Positions 18,801 through 30,600 of a stretch of DNA of 64,000 nucleotides are shown in pieces. Made by a program: the position numbers and the translations under genes. This DNA comes from a virus, in the IMG/VR virus record IMGVR_UViG_3300021139_000002, positions 42,022 to 106,021 of that record, one strand, 5' to 3'. The notes beneath the pieces are model-generated. The model had not been told where the DNA came from, did not search any database, and saw only the letters and a list, made by a program, of their open reading frames with translations. The first letter of the stretch is position 1, and the number at the start of each line of letters is the position of its first letter.

Positions 18801-21800
18801 TAATAAACAAATCGTTCTTCAATGCTTTAATAATGTATTCAAGTTCTGTGTCAGGTGTTTGATCATACAATGTTTGATCATAGGTATTAAGATTATCCCA
18901 ATTTAGCAAGCTGTTTGAAACATCCCAAATATCACTATTAAACTGGATTGTTCCATTTTGTTTATAGACTAAATCGTATCCATCTCCATAACTACCTAAG
19001 ACACCATCGGCGGCTTTTCTTAGCACAATATAATTGCCGTCACCGCCATTGTTAACTTTAACATATTGGCCTTCGACCGTAGATACAGAACTAAGTTCAT
19101 AAGGACTACCGATGACCGCAGTATAAATTTGATATTGATTATAATCTACACTTGCATAGTCAACATAGTCCCAATACAATGTTGTATCATAGCTTTGTGT
19201 ATGGGCCCTGTTCCAAGAATAGGTTACATAATCCCATTCGTATTGAGACCACTTACCATTATAAGTATCATCACTTTGTACAATAACCGTTTGAGGACGA
19301 GCAATTAATCTAAATTTAGAACTGAATCCGTTACCAGGATGTATAATTGATGCACTTATGATGCTACCGTGTTCGTTGACAACGGTTTTCATTTCAAATC
19401 CAGAACTATATGTATTAGGAACATCGCGGGTAAGGAAACGAGTTCTTAAATCATCAAACGTAGTCGTTGCATTGTCGAATATAGTTTCATACAAGTCGTT
19501 AGCAATAGTAAATGTAGGTCCTTCGTAACCAATAACGGTCCCTGTTGAACTATATACAGGATTTAGTGTTCCATATCCGTATCCAGCATCTGCAATTTGT
19601 ACAAGCTCAATAGATCCATTTGCATTTGGTGTGCAGTTAATTATAGCCTGTCTATATCCAGATGTATCAATTGATGTTAAAGATGCATTATCTTCTACCA
19701 AATTATCGTATGTATTCCCGTATTGGTTAGGAATTTCTTCCTGTGCATTTAAGTTTTTAAAACTATACTTGCCAGTAACAGGAATATTAATTAAAACATT
19801 ATTTGAAAATTCAATAATATTTCTTAATGCCGCATGTCTATCGTTAAACATTGTTTGACGAGGACGAACTGATGTTCCGTAACGTGTTCTTTCAGATAAT
19901 GCAATATCAGGAACTATGTTACCAAACTTGTCATGACCTAACAAGCTATCTATCAGTTTCTGTTCAAGACTTAACGGTGGCATGTTAACTGCATCGCCTT
20001 CTTGAAGCAATTTCCATTGAGTGTGTCTCGGTGTAACTACAGAAGAACTAGAAGAATCTTGTGCAATATTAATACTGATAGTATTTCCTACTGGAATATT
20101 TCCTACGTTGCTCAACATAATAGCATCTTTTGAAATAATAGATGCAAAACTTAAACCATAAGCTGATGGATCTGCAATAGCAGATGCTACTGCATACGAA
20201 CTTAGTCGTCTATCTTTATGTAAAGGTACCGTTACTTTATTCTTAACCCAGAAATAATAAACATTACTAAAAGTATTTGTTATTGTATCGTAAACTTGCT
20301 TAACAGAAATAACACTATTATCAACAAACTTAGGCTGACCACTAATTCCTTTTGCAAGACCTGCTGGAGTATCCGCAATAGCTGCCCAAGCACTAGGCAA
20401 CATTGTAGAGCTTACCCATTCATATACGTCGATGGTTGCTCCTGGGAATAATTTACCCCAATTGTTTTTACGATATTCAAGGTCTCCTTGTTCATACCAA
20501 ACGTATTTGGCTGTACTCAAATCCCACCATAATTCGCCAACATGGTCATCTAACCAATTTTTGTCTGTGTTGTTATTTGTTCCAGCAACACCAATAGAGT
20601 AAATTGCAGGATCGCTGATAAGTTTATATGTTAACTCTTGTTCTGCAATGCCTGGAATCTTACCTTTCAGAGGATCAAACAGATCTAGATAGTTAATTAT
20701 TTTTTCTTTTTCAGTATCAATAATTGCTATTCTACTTATAGGACTGATATCAGTAAACGTATCTTGTTCTACAATTTTGCTTAGACTATTTGTGGTTGTA
20801 TCAATTTTATCAAATACAAAGAATCCAGATGAGATACTAGTATTGTCAATTGCAGGAGCACCAGCAATTACTTCAGTATCGTCAACGACAATAGATTTTG
20901 CAAAATTATTACCATGAGTCGTTAAAATATAAGAATCAGTTAGTTCTTGACTATATACAAACCTAGCAGACTTTTTGTAATAAACATAGATAGTTCCTGA
21001 TCCTACTTCAGTTCCTTTTATCTTTGTAATATTGCCGTCAAACGTCATATTACTACTATCAAATGTTGTGTTTAATGTACGATTAATACCGGTTGCAGAA
21101 ACAATCAGTGTATCATTTCCTATTGTAATATCCATCGAAGAACCAAAGTGCATACCTTGCCCTGCTACAGGATTATATAATGTTTGATCTAAAACAAATG
21201 TACCATTAACATTTTTATATACTGAAACTTGCCCGTACGATCCGTCAGCATTACCTACAAACATATACGTGCCATCAGGGCTAACATTAATAGAAGTATT
21301 AGCAATATTAATTGTTTGAATGTTGGTTAAAGATTTGTTATAAATTTTAACCAAATCACCATTACCAATTGCAATAATTGTTGCATCTTCGGAACCAGAC
21401 AAGGCAGTAATGTTTAATTCAGATGCTACCTTTGACAGATATGTTACTGATATAGTTCCCCCATTGTCTTTAATTTCATATGCATATACTGCATTATTTG
21501 CACCAATCAATACAAGTTTATTTTTTGTATTTCTTTCAACAAAAATAAATTTTCCAAAATTAGTCGAGTTATTGTAATCTGGGTTTCCTACATAAGCAAA
21601 TACACCTTCTGAGAATATATTTGTATTAATGGAACTTATTTTTACAATACCATGAGTTACTAATGGAGCACCTACAAATACCAATCCGTATCTTGTTCCA
21701 GTAAAAGGAGTATCATCATAAACTATCGTACTGCCGAAACCGGTAGGTACATAAGAATAACTTGTACCAATTCTCCATCTAGCTATTTCTTGGTATGAAC

Positions 21801-24800
21801 CGTCAGCTTTTTCATATAAACGACAAATTCCGTAGTATAAAGAATTATAATTAACAGGATCGCCTACGACCAATACATTATCGCCTTTTCTCTTGCTGAT
21901 TGCATATCCAAGTTGTTCGTGTGAAGATAATGACAATGTAGGAGTTGTATTATAATTATTAATTTTTTCGTATACCTCCCAGTTAGTTGTGTCAGAACCA
22001 TCTATCCAAAATTTTGTTCCGTTTGAAAATCTAAACAGCACATTATCGGCAGGCAAATTATCAAAACTAGTTTTTCTTACACTTTCAAAAACATAAAGCT
22101 GTCCCGGAGTAGGTAATGGTGCATCAGTAATGCTTGCTAATGTACTTGGTACCGTAAATTGTCTTGCATTATCAACGCTGGTTATTCTGTATATTCCGTC
22201 GACCTGTGAGTTAAATTGATTGATACCAACTAATTGTCCAACAGATAGTCCGTGAGGGTATTGTGTTGTAAATGTTATACTGCTCACTGGAGCACTTACA
22301 TAGACACCAACTACGCCCACTGGGTAGTATGTATAACGGTATACATCCCAATCACCGTCTTGTTTGAATCCTAACCAAATAGTATCACCGTCTTTTAACT
22401 GACTGCTATTTGCAATATCTAGTAAACTATTTTCGTTATAAGCAGTTGCAGTAACATCGCTTAAACGTACATAGCCTGAATGTTGTAACAATAATGAATC
22501 AATGCTAGATGTTGTTGCAAATGTTGCTAACGGATCGTAATTGTTAGGTGTTATAGTAAGATCACTAGGCAACACATAATGAATTAAATCATTTGCATGA
22601 GCAGTAGGCAGCTCAGATACAAAGTTAATGATTTGGGGATTTTCTAAGAATGTTCCTTCAATTAATGGTGTTTCTAATTCTTGATAAGTTGGATAAGATC
22701 CGAACTCACCAACTCTAAATGCCCATTCTTCTGTATAACTTATGTCGCCCTTTAATGACTGAATGCTAGACTTTGAAAGTCTGTTAATAGCATTTTGCGT
22801 TCCCTTTTCTCTAATGAATCCTTGATAGAATTTATATTGTGCAACAGGGTCAGTAAAAATATTGTTTAGATAAGGGCGAGGAGTATAACCTGTCAAATGC
22901 TGTGCCATTTTTTGCTGACCGGCATCAAAGTTATCAGTATCGAGACTATAGAAATCTTCAAATTGTCCAATCTTATAATCAAAGTTTGGAAGTAGACCAG
23001 CTACAGGTTTTTCGTTTAAAATATCCCATTTTGTAAAATCAAAAGCAGAAGCACGTTCTACATTTTGATTTGCAGAATAATAGTTACCATTGAATCGAAC
23101 AGCAGTACCGACATAATATGCGGTATTAGGAGTCCAGTCAAATACTTCGCCAGTGTCATAAACAAATCCAGGACTTGCAAAATCACCAGCCCAGTTGGCT
23201 GTTCTAAAACCAGATAATTTTACTCGACGTTGACGACTTCCTGTTTCAGGATTAAAAATGACATCATTAAAGATTGTGTAATTATTAAAAACAATAACGT
23301 GTTCTTTTTGTACTAGGTTTAGTCTTACAAAATATACCCCGTCGGTATTAGGATTTGTAGCAACCGTACAGATACCGTCAGTTCTAGAAATGTTTAAATC
23401 AGACTGAGGGTACGCAGTTGCATCAGCTCTTAAAACGCTGTATTCATAAAATCTATCAAATAGATTATCAACTACTGCATTAGTTCCTTTGTACTTTAAT
23501 GTATTTGCAAAAGGGCTTAATGTTAAGACGCTGCCGGTTGCCCATGCTTGGGTAGACCAGAATAAAAATTCACTGGCGGTTAAATTCCAATCTAGTGTTG
23601 TTCCTAAATCAGCATTGTATTCGTCAAATATAAAACCTTGGCTCTCTAACCAACGTCCGTAACCTATAATCAAATCATACACATCTTGTAAATTAGTGTA
23701 TGTTGTTCCGTATAGAACTTTTGTTACAGATGTGTCAAATGCTGCCGCTGCCTGAACGGTTGCGCCGCCTGTTGTAGGTAATCTAGGTACAGACTGGAAG
23801 TAAGAACTTTCAAATGTAGAACCAGAATTATGAGATACTAAAACTTTGTAAAATTTACTACCATACTGGACATATTGTCCTTTTTGGTAGAAATGTCCAG
23901 TTGCTGCCGCTGATGCAGTAACCGTATCACTGATGCTTAGACCTGATGTCGCTGGTGTTCCGCTCGGTGTCCATACTACATATTTTTCAGATACGCCACC
24001 TACGGTAATCGAAGGTGTGCCTAAATTTCTTAAAGGTTTGAATACATTAAAGTAAGCATCTTGCTTATCATAGCCTCTTACAGAATAGCCGTTGTTTAAT
24101 TTCTGAACAATTAAACCAGATGCCGCAATAGATAATATAGGATTGCTTGTATTAAATTTTAATGTATAATCTTGTAAAGGTAGAATAGCACCGGGTGCAT
24201 TTGATGTAGGATCATATGCATCAATTACAATTTGTAAAGTACTCTTATCAGCAAAGCCATTTAATTTATAAAATAAGTTATAGTTTGCATAACTCAAATC
24301 TTGTCTTAATTGACTGATGTAATCTTTGTCTCTTGCTTGTCCTATTTCAGAAACAAATACACTATATCCGCTAGTTAGTGTTTGATTTTCTCCGTGGATA
24401 GGTAAGTTACTTAATTTAAAAAACGAATCGTCTGTGGTAGAAATCCATTGCCCTGAAAGATTCTTAATAACTCTGCTAACGTCGTAAAGTTTAGATGCGT
24501 AGGTAGCAGGCTTTGTTAATGCCAATAGTCGTTGAATTGCAAATGGGTAGTAACTACTTCTGTACCAAGCAGTCTCTGCTGGGCCAAGGTCTCCCACTTC
24601 CCAAGATTGACGTTTAGTTTCTTCAGTAATGTTAGTAACAAATTCTGTAGGATTTCTTAAACTACCTTCTGCATCAACAGGAATTATATTAGACAATCCC
24701 GGACGAGCATATAGTGAATTAACAACTCCGTTGATACTACCTGCTTCTAAATCTGTCCACAATGCTGTATTGGCGTTTGTATAAGGAGCAGCCCCATACA

Positions 24801-27624
24801 ATGTTTCCCACCATGTTGGTTTTTCACTTAATCCTAACATCTCCCAAGGAGCTAGGTTAGGTTTATCTGTGTCGTACAACCAGCGTAACAATCCTTTATA
24901 AGATCCAGACACCGGTGTATCTAGACTAGAGATATATCCATTATAAAAATTCCAAGTCTTAGATTGTGCAGGATCAAATGTATTGTTTGAAACATAGTCA
25001 ATACTAAATTTTGCAGCCCATCTTACAAAGTCGCCATCTAATATACCACTGACTTCGTCTTTAGAATAATCTGTAGTTCTAAATTGTCCAGGAATAGCTG
25101 AGTCAATATTAAACAATTCAGGACGGTAAGTTGCCTTAATGTTATTGTAGACACGTTTTTCAAACTCTAAAATAATAGCATCTCTATAGTCGTTATAAGC
25201 AAGCATTATGCTGCCATCATGTCCTTGAATAACACGTTGTGGAACTACATAACTTGTATCCATAAAGATAGACGGAATGAACTTAGGATACAGGCCTAAT
25301 TTTGTAGGAGTTGGAGGAATGTAAGAACCAGTAGTATCGGTATAGTCGTTGACAACTAATACATCACCAATTGCTAATGGTGCTAAAATTTCAATACTAG
25401 TTGTAGCAGTATTGAATACATAATCTTGTCCATAGACTAATTGTGTTCCATTTAGATATGGGTATACTGCACGTAGACTTAAAGATGTTAAATCAAAATC
25501 GCTATCTAATGGAAAAGAATTATTGTTTAAGTTAGCAATAGTCCATGTTCTAACTTTTTCTGCTGTCCCAAAACCAACCATGTCAGATAGGTAATAAGAA
25601 TCTGCATTTATTTTATTTTGATTTAGATCAAATAATACTTGGTCAATTACTTCAGCAGGAGATGTTTGTTCGCTTACTGAAATAATGCTATTCAATAAAG
25701 ACAATTTAAATGTATTATAGCTATCTGCAGATTTTATAATTGCATCTACTAAATTGTGTTCTTTTTTCCCAATGAACATCTGTGCGAAAGAGATAGGGTT
25801 TTCGTTAGATATTAACCGTGTTCCTAAATCAGTGTAATCTGCTCTATCGCGTACTGGAGTGATATCAAATAGCGGCGGCAATCTATCAATCATAGATTGT
25901 ACATGTTCAGACAATTCGCTGATGGTAAATTCTGATACAAGGCCGTTTAATGGATTGTTGGTTAAACTTAATGGCTCTTCATAATAACTATATACACCTG
26001 TTGCTGTTGAAGATATTACAGGAATAGAATAATCTTGTGCCAAAGTCCAAGAGTTTTCATATTGACCGTCAATCTTAACATAAGAAATATTTGAAGAAAT
26101 AGTATATGTAGGTTTAGAAATCTGACTCACAACAATTGTATCAGTTGCTAAATTGTTTTCAAACAGAATACTACCTACGGTTTCAATATTTCTATATGCA
26201 ATAGGAAAGCCTAAATAGGTATCGTTTGCTCCTGTGCCTGGTGCATAACTAAAAATTTTGTTACCTATAAAGTTACTCAAATAATAATCTTTATCGCCGT
26301 AGCTGTGTCCATCTTGGTCAAATAAGTCAAATAATGGCGGTTGATTTAAAGTAGTTCTTTGTTGAGAAAATACCCAACCAGATCCATTATACCACCAGTC
26401 AGTGCTATTATTGTTATCGCCTAACAAAATAGTAATAGCAGCTCCGGTGCTGGGATTATGATCGTTAGCAGATTGTAATGTTAATGTACGGACTCCGTTA
26501 ATAACAACAAAATGTATTTGATAAATTTTTCCTTTAACGGCTGTATTCGTAGCGGCATTAAAAATAACACGCAAGCCTTCTTCTAATTCTACACCATCAA
26601 CATACACAGGAGTTGTAGAACCTTCAATAGAATTATAAGGATCTAATGTAGTTGTATCAAGCAAATCAACTGGAAATAATCCTGTTGTACCAAAATTAAA
26701 CAATTGGATATCTGCTTTAAATTCAATAATAGGACGTTGGGCTCTACCTGTAGAAAAATTAGGAATAACGCCGTTTAAAGTTGCACTAGTTCTAATAACA
26801 TCTTTGTGGACCCAACGGTTGTATCGAGACCAAGGATTTAAATCTGCACTGGCTCTGTTAATAGTAATGTATTCTTGATCTAAGATAGGTAGTTCTCTAT
26901 CGTTATCAAACGGTAAACTCTCAAAAGCTGAAGAGTCAAAGCCGTCTGGAGTAGGCGATAAGAAATTTTCAGAAATAAGTAGACTATCGTAAGGTACTAA
27001 TTTAATAGCTGTGCCTACACCTTCTACAAAAAAACTTTTGTCATAAAAAGTAGGGTTTACATTATTTCCACTAAACTCTAATAACATTCCGTTTGAAAGA
27101 TTTGTAGAAGTAGTTGTACCGTCCGGTAGCAACACATCAACAGAGGCAGTAGCGTGTCCTATTATGTTGTTAGCAACATCTAAATTTGCGGTAACAACTT
27201 CAAGAAGTTCTGGGCCAGATGGCATCCAGTAATAATCTTGATAATTTACTAACTTGTCCCAATCGATATGAGAATTGTATGAATAGAATTCTGTTCTAAA
27301 TAATCTATCTAAATTGTCTGTTGAGCCGCCCTTGGCTGCAATTTCGTTAATTAAATCGTCGTAACCTTGTGTGGTTTGAATGTTGCCTAAACTATCATAG
27401 GTTATAAGAGCAGGATCTAATTGATAAGGATTTCCGTTGCTGATATAGATATCAGCCGTAGAATTATATGTAGGTGTTTGTGTACTGCCTACGTATCCAC
27501 TTAATCTTTCTATCTGTGGTTTCTGTATTAATTGATCAAGTGTGCTCGATAAGAATTTATTATTTCTATCTGTTCTTAGGTATTCTGGTAATAAATTAAC
27601 CGAACTAATTTTGTTATTTGCCAT
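15841..27624 (-). CDS. giant (~3930 aa) baseplate wedge-associated structural protein
   Basis: Uninterrupted ORF directly after gp6; likely start 27624 (MANNKISSVNLLPEYL); YINEVKPYHTQIR motif; beta-propeller-like repeats (FGSTI, VGAP). Confidence 0.75.
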   Translation of the reverse strand: MANNKISSVNLLPEYLRTDRNNKFLSSTLDQLIQKPQIERLSGYVGSTQTPTYNSTADIYISNGNPYQLDPALITYDSLGNIQTTQGYDDLINEIAAKGGSTDNLDRLFRTEFYSYNSHIDWDKLVNYQDYYWMPSGPELLEVVTANLDVANNIIGHATASVDVLLPDGTTTSTNLSNGMLLEFSGNNVNPTFYDKSFFVEGVGTAIKLVPYDSLLISENFLSPTPDGFDSSAFESLPFDNDRELPILDQEYITINRASADLNPWSRYNRWVHKDVIRTSATLNGVIPNFSTGRAQRPIIEFKADIQLFNFGTTGLFPVDLLDTTTLDPYNSIEGSTTPVYVDGVELEEGLRVIFNAATNTAVKGKIYQIHFVVINGVRTLTLQSANDHNPSTGAAITILLGDNNNSTDWWYNGSGWVFSQQRTTLNQPPLFDLFDQDGHSYGDKDYYLSNFIGNKIFSYAPGTGANDTYLGFPIAYRNIETVGSILFENNLATDTIVVSQISKPTYTISSNISYVKIDGQYENSWTLAQDYSIPVISSTATGVYSYYEEPLSLTNNPLNGLVSEFTISELSEHVQSMIDRLPPLFDITPVRDRADYTDLGTRLISNENPISFAQMFIGKKEHNLVDAIIKSADSYNTFKLSLLNSIISVSEQTSPAEVIDQVLFDLNQNKINADSYYLSDMVGFGTAEKVRTWTIANLNNNSFPLDSDFDLTSLSLRAVYPYLNGTQLVYGQDYVFNTATTSIEILAPLAIGDVLVVNDYTDTTGSYIPPTPTKLGLYPKFIPSIFMDTSYVVPQRVIQGHDGSIMLAYNDYRDAIILEFEKRVYNNIKATYRPELFNIDSAIPGQFRTTDYSKDEVSGILDGDFVRWAAKFSIDYVSNNTFDPAQSKTWNFYNGYISSLDTPVSGSYKGLLRWLYDTDKPNLAPWEMLGLSEKPTWWETLYGAAPYTNANTALWTDLEAGSINGVVNSLYARPGLSNIIPVDAEGSLRNPTEFVTNITEETKRQSWEVGDLGPAETAWYRSSYYPFAIQRLLALTKPATYASKLYDVSRVIKNLSGQWISTTDDSFFKLSNLPIHGENQTLTSGYSVFVSEIGQARDKDYISQLRQDLSYANYNLFYKLNGFADKSTLQIVIDAYDPTSNAPGAILPLQDYTLKFNTSNPILSIAASGLIVQKLNNGYSVRGYDKQDAYFNVFKPLRNLGTPSITVGGVSEKYVVWTPSGTPATSGLSISDTVTASAAATGHFYQKGQYVQYGSKFYKVLVSHNSGSTFESSYFQSVPRLPTTGGATVQAAAAFDTSVTKVLYGTTYTNLQDVYDLIIGYGRWLESQGFIFDEYNADLGTTLDWNLTASEFLFWSTQAWATGSVLTLSPFANTLKYKGTNAVVDNLFDRFYEYSVLRADATAYPQSDLNISRTDGICTVATNPNTDGVYFVRLNLVQKEHVIVFNNYTIFNDVIFNPETGSRQRRVKLSGFRTANWAGDFASPGFVYDTGEVFDWTPNTAYYVGTAVRFNGNYYSANQNVERASAFDFTKWDILNEKPVAGLLPNFDYKIGQFEDFYSLDTDNFDAGQQKMAQHLTGYTPRPYLNNIFTDPVAQYKFYQGFIREKGTQNAINRLSKSSIQSLKGDISYTEEWAFRVGEFGSYPTYQELETPLIEGTFLENPQIINFVSELPTAHANDLIHYVLPSDLTITPNNYDPLATFATTSSIDSLLLQHSGYVRLSDVTATAYNENSLLDIANSSQLKDGDTIWLGFKQDGDWDVYRYTYYPVGVVGVYVSAPVSSITFTTQYPHGLSVGQLVGINQFNSQVDGIYRITSVDNARQFTVPSTLASITDAPLPTPGQLYVFESVRKTSFDNLPADNVLFRFSNGTKFWIDGSDTTNWEVYEKINNYNTTPTLSLSSHEQLGYAISKRKGDNVLVVGDPVNYNSLYYGICRLYEKADGSYQEIARWRIGTSYSYVPTGFGSTIVYDDTPFTGTRYGLVFVGAPLVTHGIVKISSINTNIFSEGVFAYVGNPDYNNSTNFGKFIFVERNTKNKLVLIGANNAVYAYEIKDNGGTISVTYLSKVASELNITALSGSEDATIIAIGNGDLVKIYNKSLTNIQTINIANTSINVSPDGTYMFVGNADGSYGQVSVYKNVNGTFVLDQTLYNPVAGQGMHFGSSMDITIGNDTLIVSATGINRTLNTTFDSSNMTFDGNITKIKGTEVGSGTIYVYYKKSARFVYSQELTDSYILTTHGNNFAKSIVVDDTEVIAGAPAIDNTSISSGFFVFDKIDTTTNSLSKIVEQDTFTDISPISRIAIIDTEKEKIINYLDLFDPLKGKIPGIAEQELTYKLISDPAIYSIGVAGTNNNTDKNWLDDHVGELWWDLSTAKYVWYEQGDLEYRKNNWGKLFPGATIDVYEWVSSTMLPSAWAAIADTPAGLAKGISGQPKFVDNSVISVKQVYDTITNTFSNVYYFWVKNKVTVPLHKDRRLSSYAVASAIADPSAYGLSFASIISKDAIMLSNVGNIPVGNTISINIAQDSSSSSVVTPRHTQWKLLQEGDAVNMPPLSLEQKLIDSLLGHDKFGNIVPDIALSERTRYGTSVRPRQTMFNDRHAALRNIIEFSNNVLINIPVTGKYSFKNLNAQEEIPNQYGNTYDNLVEDNASLTSIDTSGYRQAIINCTPNANGSIELVQIADAGYGYGTLNPVYSSTGTVIGYEGPTFTIANDLYETIFDNATTTFDDLRTRFLTRDVPNTYSSGFEMKTVVNEHGSIISASIIHPGNGFSSKFRLIARPQTVIVQSDDTYNGKWSQYEWDYVTYSWNRAHTQSYDTTLYWDYVDYASVDYNQYQIYTAVIGSPYELSSVSTVEGQYVKVNNGGDGNYIVLRKAADGVLGSYGDGYDLVYKQNGTIQFNSDIWDVSNSLLNWDNLNTYDQTLYDQTPDTELEYIIKALKNDLFINELKINWNLLFFKAVKYALTEQKLLDWAFKTSFINVTNTSGELYQPPVYKLNDSSFFEDYINEVKPYHTQIRNFTTEYSVLEPTYTDIIEQDRVSTIELKFDRTSYVGQSGGFEVVDTFIADGITSEFVLGWVPAFNKTGISVKINSVISLSSEWTIDYYEQPYNGYSKKFAKLVFVNNAPANNATITIKYKKSADILNATDRILAYYTATNGMIGLDLTVLMDGISYPGTLVDGQRFVNPYGGVYPYSNIEGGTWNADGRVSALGTNPEDITLSGELGFINTASGHAPEELLPGFAIDTLGINVYTQGPAQAPTIVTGYFDVSPSADLQYYPLPMLPVTVDSISVILNGTILECAPIMPGALSFEIDWVGQRLIIPPQVSSGKLSYSMVGVGGGTNNFGLIDSESVITTNSSVGIVSSGYLANIVKDVYVTVNGIPTSDYVLDVSANNRGPAVVTVNGLDSSQGNAVQAWFFTESHSNFNQIIDQQFVASSTSSMTTFTLNVEGDYIVEKIVNGVANRLLTSKNEYTIVGSTLTISVHLNPGDLIKVVTFIDTTGKMGVDIENFVGNPNRRFIMNRPVSNDIYMWVSIIHQNDTVSGLINGIDYILLDDNVTVQISDSWNISNLDTVEIISFKSPQYIDTVLGYRIFNDLLGHTTFTRLSKANTTYLTKPLAPDDTEIYVADATVLTAPTETTPGVVLINAERIEFNQITVASGGYKLDEITRGTLGTGVSPHLLYGSKVVDQGTLQVLGNPEAVSIQYIFTTATNSVYHISTSSYTSPVPGTTATIASAGIKLVDSLPYNDQLEVYYGGRQLRKSPIFVHDTTIAYDSIDESYIQGTTSDLSTQSAMLNDAYILVSSGQVWQYVGNRSTNVQYPGWVYTGLTELPQEFTVAHNNTQTIQLNIVVESNIELAIVKKSALSNTFNTVVSPGVTLPLWESSTTIAGQLKQFPTELPNSYYYEGDIVLRDQNGVPLTDENGSILTGRT

Positions 27625-27631
27625 ATTTCTC

Positions 27632-30600
27632 TTATCCAGCAATTAAGGTTGTATTCAATTGTGCGGCTGTGATAGCATCGATTACTGCAATATCTGATGC
27701 TCGGGCACCGCTTATAAAAATTTCATTACTTTGACATGTAACTTCGTATAAACTACCAAAGTTATTAACAACAGGAACAATGACAAAGTTTGTAATATCA
27801 GGAGTTAACAAATTCATGATATAAGTCGACAACTCACTAAAGTGGAAACTTTGTCCAAAATCCCAGTTTTCTAATGCAAAGAAATTATTAATACCTTCTA
27901 GTATTTTAGAAATAATCTCGTTGTCACTGATTGTACTAGAAGAACTCTTAACCGCTTTAAACTTAGCCTGTAAGTTAATATCGGCGGAGGTTCCAAATAA
28001 TACCTTATATGTAACTGGTTGATATATTATTTCATCACTAATTGATTTAATAGGATCAAGTATATTTGCATAGTTATTATCAAGACTTTGACTAGATGGT
28101 GGTAGTGGTTTGCTACCCGATCCTGTTAGTAACCAATTTCTAAAACTTGTATCGTAATCACTAGTAAGCATATAGACATCTATTAAATTACTCTTGCTAG
28201 GATCAATTCTGTATTCTTCTCCACTATTATGTTGGTAGTGAAAACTTAAATCAGCACGACCGGGGTATGCTACATAGTTACTGGCCAAGACAAATTCATT
28301 AAAAGAATCTACCGTCTTAACGGTATTTGTATCAACAAAATAGTAAAGGTATTCAGTATCTAATATGTTACTATAATGTCCTCTTGCCGCATTCTCGGAT
28401 GAAAAAACAACATATTGATCAGTACTAACTGGAGTTAAACTCATGCCATCAGTTGTAAACTCAAACACCGCATAACCGTCCGACGTTCCAAGGTCATTAG
28501 AACTTCCTACAATATTTGCAAAGATATCAGGGTCTACTAATTGTCCTACGGTGCCGCTATCTTGATGGTTATAAAAACTTACTTCGACTCTAGATGGATC
28601 AACATATCCGTCTACTTCTATAATAGGTCCATTAATTTGCCAAACATAATCAGAACCTAAAGATTCGTTAGTTCCAGTTTTTGTATTAATAGACAACACC
28701 GTAATTTTATCTTTAACTACAGAATTATTGGTATAGTCAAAATTAACATCATTAGGATCGCTGTAGAAACCTGTTTGATTTACACTTTGGAAAATAAAAG
28801 ATGTTGTTCTATATCTAACTTTATATTCAGCTCCAGTCCATGTAAATGCAACCATCCAACTTGAATCTTTGTTTGCGTTGGTAACATCTCCTTGATATTC
28901 AAAACTAAAATCATTTACTAGATCTAAGTTTGTATCTTCAATAATCATCCAAGATCTTAAAGAAGAATCAAATCGTAAACCAAAATTTCTTTGTGTTAGG
29001 CATAGGTTAACTAGATCATTTTCAAAGGTATATGACAAAGTGTTAACAAACGCAGGAACAATTTCAACAGGAATAGATCCTTGGCCAGGTCGACTTCCTA
29101 GAATAATAGGGCCGGTGCCATCGGATAAATTTCCTTGTCCAACATTTGAACCATCCCCTATTACTTGTAATACCGTAGCCCAAATATAATCAACGGTCTT
29201 GTTTGTTTGTTGAGGAACAATTTTTCCGTTTGGTAAGAAATATTGCTGTGCTCCAGACGATGTCTTAGGAGGAACAAATTTTATAATAGCACCAGCAGTG
29301 ATATATTGTAGTACAGAACTCGTATACGTACCTACACTTTGTGGAACATTAACATTTAATCTTCTATTTTTAGAATAGAAAAATCCTCGACCTTGACCAG
29401 TTACTACATTTGACGAATTCCACTCATATGTAGGATCAATTAAATCAGAATTTAATGTGATCGATGCCATTCCTCTATAATGATCTAAGTAAAAATTTAA
29501 GAAGTAGTTAGAATCAATTATAGGTTCCAATTGTTGTTTAACAACAGAAAAAATATCATTCCTAGAAGAGTATGTAAATGTAAAATTCTTTTCTGTATTA
29601 TCTTTATAAACAATACCGTCTATTCCAAATATATTTGTAGAACTATATTTTCCGCTCACATCACTTAATTCGAAATACTTGCTTACACCGCTAGATTCTC
29701 TGTTAACACTTTTTACTTTTAAGATATTACTGGTCAACGTCAACGGTGCAATATTATAATCCTCTCCTGTTACCATACGATTCTGTGTATAATATGTTTG
29801 AGGAGCGTTCTTCTGTATGCTGGCATTTGTTTCCGGACCAGAACTATTAGAAATTGTATATTGTAAAGAGAATGTCACGGTCAACACATGATTTTGACCG
29901 CTCTTATTAGCATACGGAATACTAACAACAATCCCTGACATTTGGTCAGGCTTGATAGAATATGTCATTCCATTACTTTGACGATAAAATAATTGAAAAT
30001 TACCTTTAGGTAAATTTCCAAAAGTACCGTCTGCAAAAGTTAAATCAATCTGATCGTTATCTCGACTGGTTACGCTATAAAGATTTCTAATTGTTTGATT
30101 TAAACTATTATAGATAACATTGTTGCCTACAAGCGCAGGAACTTTAGTCCAAGGTGCAGATGGGTAAGATCCGCTAGGATCTAACTGCCATAACCATACA
30201 TCAGTATCATTAATGTTGTTGATATTGATACCAATAATCTCGTTAGGTACAGGATTACTAATATTAAAACTAGTAACACCTATGCTACCCTGTTTGAATA
30301 AGGCAAAAAATCCTGTGTTAGCACTTCCTGAACCCTGATTATCATTTTGAAATATGACTGAGAATTGTTCAGCTGGTTTTGGTGCTGTCTCATAAACATA
30401 GGGTTGGCCGCTAAACGTAGCAGGCACAATTTCAAAATTCATAGGAGTACCGTTGATGTTTTTTAAAAAACTAAAAACAGGTACATCTTGGTTTGTTGTG
30501 TTTAATTGGTATTGTTCTGTTAGTATGCCGTTTAATGTATTACGATCATTTGGTTTACCAAAAATTGTTACGCTCGGCATAGCAGAATTAAAAATGTTTG

